A stretch of 64,000 nucleotides of DNA from an uncultured Methanosarcinaceae archaeon (GCA_963847185.1 CAWJYV010000010.1:160001-224000), one strand, 5' to 3'; counted from the stretch's first letter, positions 1 through 10,464 are shown. Translations and numbers: made by a program. The notes: a model not told the origin generated them from the sequence alone.

Positions 1-3000
1 TCCCTAAAGAATTCAGTAAAAGCTGTCTTGTCAATCTCTATGGCAGATTCAGTTCCATTTTTTGGAAGAGATTCTTTGAAACTAGGATTAGTAAGTTCTT
101 TCTTATTGTTAATTTCTTCTATTTCCTCTATATGTGCCATCAACTTATACAGAGATTTTATAAAGCGTTCTGCTTTTAAGTCCAGGTTATATATTTTTCC
201 AGATTTTTGAAGATCTTCCTTCCACTTCTTAATCCGGTCTTCACTTTTCTGAATATTTTGCTGTGCAATTCCAGCAAATAGATAGTCAAGCATGTCAGAT
301 AGACACGACATCGACATTGAGCAGGCGTTACTGGTTTGCTTATCTTTCAGACCTGTCTCTGCAACCATTTTATAGCATAGAGATGCATCAGCTATACTGT
401 TTACAGTTTTCTTAAACATCTCAACAGTATAAGATGGTTGAAAATCGAGGTTTTTGATCTTAGATCTACCTTTAAGCGTATATCCTTTGGTCAAAAAGGT
501 ACTCTTGAATTTCTCCCCTGCATGTTTGCCTGCTTCAATATATCTGTCCCCTGAGAGCTCAGCATATTTACTACATTTGTTATATTCTTTTGAATTACAA
601 TATTTATTGGCTAAGTCTTCATAAATCCATGCAAGAGCAAGATTTTCTTTGATATTATCTCCTTTTTCTCTAAAGAGACTGGATGTAAGCTTCATTTCTT
701 CAATTGCTTCAATCTCCAGATTCCTGGAGAGCAGCAGCAAACTGTAAGCACCGTGAATTTCTGGTTTTGAAGGATCTGATTCGATTGCTGCTTTAATTTG
801 TTTTTCGGCTTCTTCCAGCCTTCCAGTTTCTAAAAGGAGTTTTCCGTAATTCGAGTGTACACGGATATTTTTCGGGTCTATTTCGAGAGCAAGTTTATAA
901 TGTTTTTCGGCCTCTTCCTGCCTTCCCATATGTTTAAGAAAATTTCCGTAACTGTAGTGAGTTGCCAGATGTTCAGGATTAGCTTTCAGAGCGAAAATAT
1001 ACTGTTTTTCAGCTTTTTCCGCCTGTCCAGTTTCTGAGAGGAAGAGGCCGTAATTACAGTAAATATCTGCATTCTTTGGGTCGATTTTCAGAGCAAGTTT
1101 GTAGTGTTTTTCGGCCTCTTCCTGCCTTCCCATATGTTTTAGAAGATTCCCGTAGTTCCCGTGTGTATTGACATCCCTCGGCTCAATTTTGAGAGCAAGC
1201 TTATACTGTTTTTCAGCTTCTTGCAGCCGGCCCATTTGTTTTAGGAGGATACCATAATTGTAAAGGGTGGCTACATGTTTAGAATCTGATTCGAGAGCAA
1301 GCTTATACTGTTTTTCAGCTTCTTTCAGCCTGCCCATTTTTTTAAGAAGAAGGCCATAGTTATAATGAGCGTCTGTGTGCCTGGGGTCGAGTTCCAGAGC
1401 AAGCCTATACTGCCTTTCGGCTTTTTCCGGCAGCCCCATTTCTGAAAGAAGAAGACCGTAATTATATCGGGTGGCTACATGTTTCGGGTCGTTTTCAAGA
1501 GCAAGCTCATACTGTTTTTCTGCCTGGTATTGTTTTCCTATTTCCGAAAGAAGGATCCCGTAGTTTGATAGAGTAGCTACATGTTTTGGATCTATCAGTA
1601 AAGCAAAATTATACTGTTCTTCAGCTTCTTGCAGGTGTCCCATTTCCGCAAGGAGAAGCCCATAATTGTAACGAATCTCTACATTTTTAGGATCAGTTTC
1701 GAGAGCGAGCTTATATTGTTTTCCTGCCTCCTTCTGCCTTCCCATCTGTTTAAGGAGATTTCCGTAATTATGATGGGTGGCTACGTGTTTAGGGTCAGTT
1801 TCTAGAGCAAGTTCATATTGTTTTTCTGCCTTTCCCAGCTGCCCCATTTTTGAAAGAAGAAGGCCATAGTTTGAGTGAGCAGCTGCATGTTTAGGATTAG
1901 CTAACAAGGCAAGCTTATATTGTTTTTCAGCTTCTTCAAGGCGCTTCATTTCCATGAGGAGAAGCCCGTAATTGTAACGAATGTCTGGATTCTTTGGAGC
2001 AATTTCCAGAGCCAGCCTGTAGTGCTCCTCGGCTTCTTCCAGCTTTCCCATTTTTAAAAGAAGAATTCCGAAGTTTAAATGAATTTCTGCGTTCTTTGAG
2101 GCAATTTCCAGAGCCAGCCTGTACTGTTCCTCTGCCTCTTTCAGCCCCCCTGTTTCCGAGAAAAGAAGACCATAACTGAAATGAGTTGCTACATGTTTCG
2201 GATCGCATTCCAGAGCAAGTTTATACTGTACTGCAGCTTCTTCTTTCTTTCCCATTTCCGAGAGAAGATTTCCATAACTGTAACGGGCTGCTATGTGTTT
2301 CGAATTGGATTTCAAAGCAAGTTGATACTGTTCTTTAGCTTTTTCCTGTCTCTTTAATTCTATAAGGAGAAGCCCGTAATTGTAATGAGTTTCTGCATCG
2401 CTGGGATTAGATTCCAGAGCAAGCTTGTAATGCTTTTCAGCCTCATAAGGCCTATCCATCTTTATAAGCAGATTCCCGTAATTTGCGTGGAGGTGAGCAT
2501 CATTGGGGTCAGCTTCCAGCCCAAGCTTATACTGCTCTTCAGCTTTTTCAGGTTTCCCTTTTTCAGAAAGAAGAAATCCGTAATTTGAACGAGCAGCTGT
2601 ATGTCTTGGATTTGCTTCCAGAGCCAGTTTATACTGTTTTTCTGCCTTTTCCGGCTGTCCTGTCTCCAGAAGGAAAAGTCCGTAATAATAATTAGCATCT
2701 GCATTATCCGGATCAAGTTCAAGAGCTGCTTTAAACTGCTCTTCTGCCGCTTCCGGGCGTCCCATTTCCATAAGGAGATTCCCGTAATTTAAGTAAATAC
2801 CTATATTAGTAGGATCGATTTTCGAAGCAAACTTGTACTGTTCTTCGGCCTCTTTCGTTCTACCCACCTTTTTAAGGAGAATTCCGTAGTTATAATGAGT
2901 TGATACGTTAAACGGGTCAATTTCCAGAGCCATCCTGTACTGCTTTTCAGCTTCTTCCAGCCACTCCATGAAAAAAGCAGCCACTCCCACATTATAGTGA

Positions 3001-3239
3001 GCAGTTGCCTTAACATCTCCTACAGCCAGAAGTGAGGCTGCTTTTGCATATATGTAAGCTAAACTGTACTTTTCTTTTGATCCGTAAATGTTGCACATAT
3101 GAAGCAAGAAGCTGGCAGGAACCGAATTCTTTTTAGAATAGTAAGCCAAAACGTCAGCTGCTCCTTCGAAATCCCCATTATTGGATCTCATATGTTTAGC
3201 TACAACCTGTACGAGTTTACTTGCCTGCTCTTCCTCCAT
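1..3239 (-). CDS. Large tetratricopeptide-repeat (TPR) protein, >1079 aa, 3'-truncated by the window edge
   Basis: Missing from the ORF track because there is no stop inside the window. ATG at 3239 (MEEEQASKL...). The frame is open where I translated it, including at base 1. About 23 consecutive 102-bp (34-aa) units of type H-x-NYG-x-LL-x-x-MG-x-x-EEAEKQYKLALE-x-DP lie between ~740 and ~3000. Confidence 0.9.
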   Translation of the reverse strand, partial: MEEEQASKLVQVVAKHMRSNNGDFEGAADVLAYYSKKNSVPASFLLHMCNIYGSKEKYSLAYIYAKAASLLAVGDVKATAHYNVGVAAFFMEWLEEAEKQYRMALEIDPFNVSTHYNYGILLKKVGRTKEAEEQYKFASKIDPTNIGIYLNYGNLLMEMGRPEAAEEQFKAALELDPDNADANYYYGLFLLETGQPEKAEKQYKLALEANPRHTAARSNYGFLLSEKGKPEKAEEQYKLGLEADPNDAHLHANYGNLLIKMDRPYEAEKHYKLALESNPSDAETHYNYGLLLIELKRQEKAKEQYQLALKSNSKHIAARYSYGNLLSEMGKKEEAAVQYKLALECDPKHVATHFSYGLLFSETGGLKEAEEQYRLALEIASKNAEIHLNFGILLLKMGKLEEAEEHYRLALEIAPKNPDIRYNYGLLLMEMKRLEEAEKQYKLALLANPKHAAAHSNYGLLLSKMGQLGKAEKQYELALETDPKHVATHHNYGNLLKQMGRQKEAGKQYKLALETDPKNVEIRYNYGLLLAEMGHLQEAEEQYNFALLIDPKHVATLSNYGILLSEIGKQYQAEKQYELALENDPKHVATRYNYGLLLSEMGLPEKAERQYRLALELDPRHTDAHYNYGLLLKKMGRLKEAEKQYKLALESDSKHVATLYNYGILLKQMGRLQEAEKQYKLALKIEPRDVNTHGNYGNLLKHMGRQEEAEKHYKLALKIDPKNADIYCNYGLFLSETGQAEKAEKQYIFALKANPEHLATHYSYGNFLKHMGRQEEAEKHYKLALEIDPKNIRVHSNYGKLLLETGRLEEAEKQIKAAIESDPSKPEIHGAYSLLLLSRNLEIEAIEEMKLTSSLFREKGDNIKENLALAWIYEDLANKYCNSKEYNKCSKYAELSGDRYIEAGKHAGEKFKSTFLTKGYTLKGRSKIKNLDFQPSYTVEMFKKTVNSIADASLCYKMVAETGLKDKQTSNACSMSMSCLSDMLDYLFAGIAQQNIQKSEDRIKKWKEDLQKSGKIYNLDLKAERFIKSLYKLMAHIEEIEEINNKKELTNPSFKESLPKNGTESAIEIDKTAFTEFFR

Positions 3240-3535
3240 AACCAAAAACCACCCAGCAAATTATTTCGATAATTCCGAAAAGCCTCCAATATTTGTCGGC
3301 TGTTTATTTCCATATATAAACAATTACTTGAAATTAGATATCCATCGAAAATTTTTCTTATGTTAGATTACTACATACAGTAATAAATATTTTATTATAT
3401 TAAAGAAAATTATTGTTTGATTTTAATAAATTAATGGATTATATAATCAGGAGCTTACTGAAGTTATATGTTAAAATAAAGTAGTAATGAGTTTATTTCG
3501 TAGCTGGAAATAATCCCTAATTATGGAGATCAAGT

Positions 3536-3898
3536 ATGAAAGTCCTGAAAATCCTCTCCCGCCTCTATGTAAACGACCTGAAATCTTCCATCGAATTTTA
3601 CGAGAAACTCTTAGGTACTCCCGTAGCCAGACGAATAGAAATTCCTCAAATTGGTCTGGAACTGGCTCAGATAGGGGATGTTTTGCTAATCGCTGGCTCG
3701 GATGAAGCTCTGAAACCTTTCAGAAGCACGCAGGCCACATTTCTTGTTGATTCTCTTGGTGAATTCAAGGCTTATCTGGAGAAAAAAGGAGCAGAAATTA
3801 CCCGGGGGCCAACTAAGGTTCCAACCGGCTGGAACATGACTTTAAGGCACCCTGATGGGTCGGTAATAGAATATGTGGAACACACGAAGAACGTATAA
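3536..3898 (+). CDS. VOC/glyoxalase-bleomycin resistance family protein
   Basis: Motifs LYVNDLKSSIEFYEKLLG and HPDGSVIEYV; GGAG RBS. Confidence 0.85.
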   Translation: MKVLKILSRLYVNDLKSSIEFYEKLLGTPVARRIEIPQIGLELAQIGDVLLIAGSDEALKPFRSTQATFLVDSLGEFKAYLEKKGAEITRGPTKVPTGWNMTLRHPDGSVIEYVEHTKNV

Positions 3899-3964
3899 GG
3901 GAGTTTTGGTTTTTCAAGAATCTATCTGCTCTTTTTAATCATCGAAATATTTTTTGTTTTTTGG

Positions 3965-4010
3965 AAAAGGCCGGCCACTTCGCGGCCGGTGAGAGCACAG
4001 GGACTTGAAA
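3965..4010 (+). repeat. REP-like hairpin element family B, copy 1
   Basis: GCCGGCCACTTCGCGGCCGGTGAGAGCA; a related copy lies on the minus strand at 30511-30555. Confidence 0.55.
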
Positions 4011-4105
4011 ACAAATCCTAAAAAAGTTTTTAGGGGTAATTTCTGAAAAATAAAAGCTACAGACCAGTTAAAAGTGGTTAAAAGCTGTTAAAAGACTTTT
4101 CCTGG

Positions 4106-5122
4106 TTATTTCATATGCCTGTCCAGATATTCAAACACTTTGTCTATATTTTCTACCGATTCGAATTGTCCTCCGCCGTGGCCTGCCCCTTCAAACAGGG
4201 TAAGAGTTACTTTGTCCTTGCCTGCGTTTTTTGCTATTGCAGTTGCAAAATCGATAGACTGCTGAGCTGGAATAACCGGATCTAGTGTGCCATGCTGGAT
4301 CAGAAATGGCGGGCAATCTGAGGTTATATAAGTAGTGGGATCTGCCTGCTTGCATAGATCTGGGACATCTGAAATATTTTGCCCAAAATATTTTGATCCA
4401 AATGAATTGTTTGTGTTATGGATTAAAACACCCTTTACTTTCTCCCCGATTCTGCTTGCTTTGTTTTGTTCGTCTATTACAGCGAAATTTATGGGTCCGA
4501 ACCAGTCAACTACTGCTGTAACATTATCCGAAACGTCTGTGTTTCCTAGAGATCTGTCATAACAGTTATTTGTACCGCCTGTCGTGCCTGCAATGGAAGC
4601 AAGATTTCCACCTGCCGAATCCCCCCAGAGAGCTATCTTATCCGGGTTTAAGTTGTATTGGGCAGCATTGGCTTTAACAAAGCGAATAGCTGCTTTTACA
4701 TCGTTTATAGCTGCCGGGAAAGTAGATTCGTCACTTAAACGATAGTTAATAGTTACTACTGCATAGCCGCGGTTTACACCTTGAAGCATGGGTGCGAGAT
4801 CTCTGCCGTTTTTACTGCCCGTAGCAAGCCCACCTCCGTGGATTGCTATAATTACGGGGAAGGGGCCGTTTCCTTTGTCTGGCAAATAGGTGTCAAGTTT
4901 TTGTGTTTCCGATTTTGAGGCATAAGCAATGTCAGTAAACTTGCTTTTGACACCTGGTACACCTGTACTCTCCAGGTTATTGCCGCCGGACTTATTTAAT
5001 TGCGCTTCTGAACAGCCGGCAAATGTAGATCCTCCAAATCCTACCAGCAAAGTCACTGCCAGTAATTTGACTAATATTTTATTCAATCTCTTACCCCCAC
5101 TGGTAACTCTATACACAGACAT
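4106..5122 (-). CDS. Secreted/lipoprotein alpha/beta-hydrolase (HSL-like esterase)
   Basis: HGGG oxyanion motif, GDSAGG nucleophile, HGTLD and GAGH catalytic Asp/His; N-terminal hydrophobic stretch ending in the lipobox-like FAGC. Confidence 0.85.
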   Translation of the reverse strand: MSVYRVTSGGKRLNKILVKLLAVTLLVGFGGSTFAGCSEAQLNKSGGNNLESTGVPGVKSKFTDIAYASKSETQKLDTYLPDKGNGPFPVIIAIHGGGLATGSKNGRDLAPMLQGVNRGYAVVTINYRLSDESTFPAAINDVKAAIRFVKANAAQYNLNPDKIALWGDSAGGNLASIAGTTGGTNNCYDRSLGNTDVSDNVTAVVDWFGPINFAVIDEQNKASRIGEKVKGVLIHNTNNSFGSKYFGQNISDVPDLCKQADPTTYITSDCPPFLIQHGTLDPVIPAQQSIDFATAIAKNAGKDKVTLTLFEGAGHGGGQFESVENIDKVFEYLDRHMK

Positions 5123-5388
5123 TATCTTTGTACTATCTTTGTACTATCTTTTCGTCATCTCCGTAATTCTATTTTTTGTTTTATACCTTATTTATCAGAC
5201 ATGTTGGAACAAGCCGAAAAAATAAGTCAAGTCAAAAGTGAGTCAAATCAAATTAATTTCTTTTATCCTGGTAAGAAGTGTTTTAAACTTATAAACTAAC
5301 CAGTTTTATAAGAGATGCCATATAATTCTAATTGAGTTATCAGTGAACTTACTATAATTGAAGTGGAAGGTTTTTGAGGGGGGTAATT

Positions 5389-6408
5389 ATGGTAAATACG
5401 AGTTTTACGCGGGATATCCAGTATCCACCTTTGCCAATTGAAGAATGGGAAGATACGAAAAATACGCTGCATCTGTTTTTGCAGATCGTAGGAAAGATCA
5501 GGCTTGCATTGTTTCCGAAAATGAACCACTGGTGGCATGTGCCTTTTTATGTGTCTGTACGCGGGCTTACTACAGGGCCGATTCCTTACGAGGATATGAC
5601 TTTTGAGATGGAATTTAATTTTAGAGATAGTGGGCATGTTCTAAGGATCGAAACTAGTGAGGGAGGCTTGAAAACCGTGCCATTAAAGGGACTCTCGGTT
5701 GCGGGTTTTTATGATAAGGTATTTTCAAACCTCGACGAACTTGGGATCGTGATAGGCATTAAGCCTGTGCCCTATGATATTCCTAATGTGACAGAGCCGT
5801 TTGTAGCTGATTATCAGCATGCCTCCTATGATGAAGAATATGTGAACAGGTTCTGGAGAATCCTTGTACAGGTTTATTCGATCTTTCAGGCTTTCAGGGG
5901 CTGGTTTATAGGTAAAAGTTCGCCTGTGCACTTTTTCTGGCACCATGCTGACCTTGCTCTGACACGGTTTTCAGGCAGGCCCGTTCCTGTCAGAGAGGGG
6001 GCAAGTTCTGTTGAGAACGAGGCTTCTTCACATGAAATAATCAGTTTCGGATTCTGGGCAGGAGATAAGAATATCAGAGAACCGGCATTTTACGCTTACA
6101 TGTATCCGCAACCGGCAGGTTTAATGAACGAGCTTCTAAGCCCTAAGGAAGCCTTCTGGGATCCGGAAGCAGGGCTTGCTCTTCTCATGTACAACGATGT
6201 CAGGAATGCAGATTCGCCGGAAAAAGCGGTACTCGATTTTCTTGAAAGCGTATATCAGGCAGGGGCAAAAATGGCCAACTGGGATATCGAGGCCTTCAGA
6301 CTTTCTCCAGCCGAAAAACAATCTGAGGAGAAAATAGGAGAGAAAATTGAAAAGCAGGTTAAAGAGCAGCCAGATCTACTGGAAAAGCTGGAAAGGCCTG
6401 AAGCTTAA
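5389..6408 (+). CDS. DUF5996 family protein
   Basis: Motifs TLHLFLQIVGKIRLAL..NHWWH, SPVHFFW and GFWAGD..EPAFYAY; ATG at 5389 follows GAGGGGG. Confidence 0.75.
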   Translation: MVNTSFTRDIQYPPLPIEEWEDTKNTLHLFLQIVGKIRLALFPKMNHWWHVPFYVSVRGLTTGPIPYEDMTFEMEFNFRDSGHVLRIETSEGGLKTVPLKGLSVAGFYDKVFSNLDELGIVIGIKPVPYDIPNVTEPFVADYQHASYDEEYVNRFWRILVQVYSIFQAFRGWFIGKSSPVHFFWHHADLALTRFSGRPVPVREGASSVENEASSHEIISFGFWAGDKNIREPAFYAYMYPQPAGLMNELLSPKEAFWDPEAGLALLMYNDVRNADSPEKAVLDFLESVYQAGAKMANWDIEAFRLSPAEKQSEEKIGEKIEKQVKEQPDLLEKLERPEA

Positions 6409-6768
6409 AATATGCTGAAACAGGAAAGAAAGCTAACAGGAAGAAGAGAGAGCTTAGGTTTGCGAAGTTATTCTCTTCCAATGTCTTTTTCTACACCTTT
6501 TTTATCAGATTTTTTTCCATTTCCATAGATATCGATCAACACATTACTTTATGTTTATATTTATTTCTACAAAAGACTTGAAAAACTAATTAAGATCAAT
6601 GTTTATCCGTTTTTTGGAGTCACTTTCAACTGAAAATCGTTTCAATTAACACAAGAATGAGAAAAAAGCCAATTGGCTGCAATTAATGAGAATAGGGATT
6701 TTGAATAGCTTTACCTTTATTAAACGTGTAATTTTTAACTTAATTTTAAATTAAAGGTTTAGAAATAT

Positions 6769-6828
6769 TTATTTTATTAATTAAATGGTTTTAGGCCCTC
6801 TTTTATTATAAGTATATTTATATTTAAT
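6769..6828 (+). promoter_or_regulatory. Promoter module (upstream box + BRE/TATA) shared with 10465-10524
   Basis: TTATTTTATTAATTAAA-N24-AAGTATATTTATATTTAAT; the same module with the same spacing precedes the paralogous secreted gene. Confidence 0.65.
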
Positions 6829-7083
6829 CTCGTTAATATTAGTTTATCTAGTGAAAAAAGCCTGCAAAACAATGAAAAATTTTCTCCAGAGCTTAAACAC
6901 CGAATAGAAACTGCAGGTACGTGAAGATATTAATCAAGTCCGTTTTAATATTTAATTCTTGACTGTAAGTCCAAAAATCACAGATTGGAGATCAATCGCA
7001 TTAGAGATTAGAGTCTCTTTCCAATGAGTCTCTTTCCAATGTGTGAACCCTTTCATTCAATTGAACAAATCAGGAGTATATTT

Positions 7084-7413
7084 ATGAAAAATAAAAGATC
7101 TGATCGAATCAAAAAGACTCTTATTATTTTGCTGGTGCTTTGTTTTGTATTGTCAGTAACAGTTGCATCAGCAAGCGCGGCTGACAATAACAAAGATGGA
7201 TACGATAATGGCTACAACAAAGGCATCAAAGATGGCAAAAAGCAGGGTCAAAAAGACTGCGAGCAACATGGAAGCAGTGATACCCTCTCGAAGATTCCTT
7301 CTCCTTCCAACAAAAAAAACTGGACCAAATCCTACAAAGATGGCTACGATAACGGGTACAACAAAGGATATATAGAGGGCTACAATCGAAACCGATACAA
7401 TTGTTTGAAATAA
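7084..7413 (+). CDS. Small secreted protein with GYxxGYxxG repeats
   Basis: CAGGAG RBS; signal peptide IKKTLIILLVLCFVLSVTVASASA; KDGYDNGYNKG twice; two Cys in the mature part. Confidence 0.8.
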   Translation: MKNKRSDRIKKTLIILLVLCFVLSVTVASASAADNNKDGYDNGYNKGIKDGKKQGQKDCEQHGSSDTLSKIPSPSNKKNWTKSYKDGYDNGYNKGYIEGYNRNRYNCLK

Positions 7414-8274
7414 TAAATCAAAAATAAAAAACAGGAAATAAGAAACAGGAAATTTTAAAAATCAAAATAAGGAAATTTGGTTCCCAGAGATGTATTAAAG
7501 TCATTAAATCAGGGATTTCACTAAAATAAAGGATTTTCTGTAATAATTTCTTTTTTAGGCACCCGGTTTATAATTTTTCAGGAGGTTATATAAATCGCAA
7601 TTTTTTCACAAGTACAATTTGTCTCATTATAATTATAATCATGATTCCATATCAGTTAAAATCATGATTTCATACCAGTTGAATTTATTTATCTAGATTA
7701 TTTAAATGCAAATAAATAATAAACGAAATATTTATTTATTACATATACTTACTTAATTGTAGTAAGTAGCCATATTCGACCTGATTTTGTTTAAGGTAGA
7801 AGGGTTAATGAGTATATATGATCAATGAAATCAATTCTTGATACTAAGCTTTCTGGTCCATGTTTTTAGTAATCACATAGGTTTATATTTATAAAAAGCA
7901 TTATATATTTATAATCAATCAAGGGTATAGTAGGTTTTGAATGAACCAATAGTAAACATGTTCAACAAACTGGGTTTATTTATAGACTCAATAATGAACA
8001 GTAAACATCAATGGGGATTGGGAGAAGCTGTAAATCATGAATGAGTCTGCAGGCATGAAGAATATTTCAATGAGTGGCTTCGCGATTATTTATTGTTAAT
8101 TTTTCCAGGGGCAGTTTTTAACATGCTCGTTAATAACAAAATCGAGATTGGATCATGGGGGAGCATTGATGATTCCTATAAAAGATATAACCCCTTTGCT
8201 TGGAAAAATACAGAGATTTTTTGCTACGATTTTAGCAGTTAATCTCCACAACCTCAACTTATAAAATTCATTCA

Positions 8275-9204
8275 ATGATAGAGATGAATCTGAGGTTCTA
8301 CATTATTTGCACTGCTTCTTTACTTGCTTTGGGGGTAACTATTATACCCACTTTAGGGGTACCTTTCTTAGCAGGCAGCAACATCACTGCAACAGTACAC
8401 GGGGCTACATATTCATGGGATACTTTTGAACCTCTAAATGATACCTTAATCAGTATTAATTCCAATCCCCTTCAATCAATAGTAGCAAAAGACGGTACTT
8501 ATTCTTTTGAATTGGCGCCCGGAAACTATATTATTACGGCTAGATACTACCAGAATAATACCCTGGTTTATTCCAAAGAAGCGTCTCTGAATATTGAAAG
8601 TGAAGGAAGTTATGTGTTCGATCTCCTGCTTTATCCCGTTTCTGTAAATCCAGTAACTGAAATAATTCCAGATGAAATAAATGACCTCAACAGTGCAAAT
8701 CCGACCGAGCAAACCAGGCCTGAATTTTCAGCTGTCAGGTACTTACCAGTAGCTTTTACGCTCTTTATTTTGCTCGGCGGAGGTTATAAACTTTCCAGAA
8801 AGTACGAAAAGATGAATAAAAACAGGTTTCAGGAAGGAAAGTTCAATACATCCGGAATTCTGAAAAAAGTTGTCGGTGAAGGAGTTATTTCCGAAGTGGG
8901 ATCTGAGTTCGGAAACATTGAAAAAGTAACCTCCGTAACAGAGTCAATAATAGAATCTGCAGATAATTCCGAAATTGAAATTGCCGCTTCTAGGAAACTA
9001 CCTCTTTCTGCAGATCTGCGCGAAGTTCTCGATATAATTCGAGGTCATAAGGGCAAGATTACTCAAAAAGATCTGCGCAGCAAACTTGAATACTCCGAAG
9101 TAAAAGTCAGCCTCTTGCTCTCAGAACTGGAAAAAAGAGGACTGATCAGGAAGTTAAAAAATGGGCGCGAAAACATTTTGGTCTTAATAGATGAAAACCG
9201 TTAA
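8275..9204 (+). CDS. Membrane-anchored regulator: extracellular beta-sandwich + TM helix + C-terminal winged HTH
   Basis: Signal peptide; DGTYSFELAPGNYIITA (carboxypeptidase-regulatory-like); TM YLPVAFTLFILLGGGY; ITQKDLRSKLEYSEVKVSLLLSELEKRGLI wHTH. Confidence 0.8.
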   Translation: MIEMNLRFYIICTASLLALGVTIIPTLGVPFLAGSNITATVHGATYSWDTFEPLNDTLISINSNPLQSIVAKDGTYSFELAPGNYIITARYYQNNTLVYSKEASLNIESEGSYVFDLLLYPVSVNPVTEIIPDEINDLNSANPTEQTRPEFSAVRYLPVAFTLFILLGGGYKLSRKYEKMNKNRFQEGKFNTSGILKKVVGEGVISEVGSEFGNIEKVTSVTESIIESADNSEIEIAASRKLPLSADLREVLDIIRGHKGKITQKDLRSKLEYSEVKVSLLLSELEKRGLIRKLKNGRENILVLIDENR

Positions 9205-9384
9205 ATTACATAACTTAAAATTTTAGTTATTTCAACTATCCGAAATCAAATTGAGTACAGCCTGTGTAAGATTACCACTCTTAAAGGGGAGAGTATTCTT
9301 CGAGTCCACTCTCATTTTCTCGAAACTCAAAAACCACCAATTTTTGTATGACAATATTCTTTATTTATAGAATTGAAACTATAC

Positions 9385-9482
9385 TTGTGGCTTTCCATGA
9401 GATGCTTTGTGGCTTTCTATGAGATACCAGGTTTCCTCTCGATACCAGGCTTCCTCCACAATACAAAGCTTCTTCTGTGATA
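9385..9482. repeat. Degenerate 18-22 bp tandem repeats
   Basis: TTGTGGCTTTCYATGAGAT twice, then GATACCAGGYTTCCTC twice and a further decayed copy. Confidence 0.6.
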
Positions 9483-9654
9483 TAGTATGATGTTAATTAA
9501 ACACTGTCTAGTGAGTTCCGGTCAAAGCCAAGGGTTCGCTTCCAGCTTTATCATATCCTTGCGATAGAAGAAAGATATCTCTGTGGACATATGGCACTAA
9601 AAACAAACTCATTTTACAAAAAACAATTTAGAAATTAAATGAAAAACAGAAAAG

Positions 9655-9720
9655 ACGAGGGTTCACTTTATTCCCGACCTCCAGAATCGGGGTACTCATG
9701 TCCCTCCACACCCCTTGCGC
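9655..9720 (+). mobile_element. IS200/IS605-type end remnant (copy 1)
   Basis: CCCGA..TCGGG hairpin followed by TACTCATGTCCCTCCACACCCC; similar to 62369-62420; no transposase nearby. Confidence 0.35.
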
Positions 9721-9816
9721 AGTAAAATTCCTTACCACCTCTTAAGGAAGTGTACTACAAAATAACTGCTAGTTTAATTTAAGACAGGTTGCTTATAGCC
9801 AGTTTTACCAGCTATT

Positions 9817-10221
9817 TTAATGGTACCTGTTATAATCGTTATTCCAATTCCGATAGTTATTCTGCCACTTATTGTGGTTGGAGGACCATTTGTTATATTT
9901 ATGGAACCATTTCATATAAAGTGAGTTCCACTTATTATAACCGCCTTGCCACCTCTTATAATCATTGCCATGTCTCTTATCTCTCCCCCACTTTTTCTTA
10001 TCGTTGTCCCATTTTCTTTTATCATTATCCCACTTTTTCTTCTCATTTCCCCATTTGTTTTGTTCATTGTCCCATTTTCTCTTATCGTTGTCCCATCTAT
10101 TTTTCTCGTTGCCCCATTGATTCTCATTCTTCTGAGGTGCTGCGCTTACTGATGCAACTGTCACTGACAGCACAAAGCAAATTGCAATCAAAATGCCTAA
10201 TGTCTTTTTTATATTCAACAT
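9817..10221 (-). CDS. Secreted Trp-heptad repeat protein
   Basis: Signal peptide IKKTLGILIAICFVLSVTVASVSA; 13 W residues in two runs of 7-residue spacing (KWDNDKR-type x7, KWxxxYN-type x6); 21-bp DNA repeats. Confidence 0.85.
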   Translation of the reverse strand: MLNIKKTLGILIAICFVLSVTVASVSAAPQKNENQWGNEKNRWDNDKRKWDNEQNKWGNEKKKWDNDKRKWDNDKKKWGRDKRHGNDYKRWQGGYNKWNSLYMKWFHKYNKWSSNHNKWQNNYRNWNNDYNRYH

Positions 10222-10464
10222 ACACCCTACCCCTAATTAGTTCAATCCCATCTTTGATACCAATAAATCAATATTGTCAATAAATCCAGATTTAATGCCA
10301 ATAAGTCAATGCCAATAAATCCGGATTTGTTAACCAGATTGTTTCTAAATGCGTTTATTTTGTTTTTTAAATTGTCTCTCCAACTATCTGCCAGCTGGCA
10401 GAAATTGACTTATTCTATTTGCCTTACCGATTATTCGCGGCTTGACAATTATAAAATTGGTTAA

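Noticed and set aside
855-3016. Many short ORF-track ORFs in the first 3 kb
   Set aside because: They are shadow frames of the long minus-strand TPR gene.
9385-9482. Short repeats as a mini-CRISPR
   Set aside because: Units are adjacent and drift in sequence; there are no unique spacers and no cas genes.
9789-10283. Plus-strand Cys/Tyr-rich 164-aa ORF
   Set aside because: Antisense shadow of the Trp-heptad gene, which has the RBS, signal peptide and promoter.
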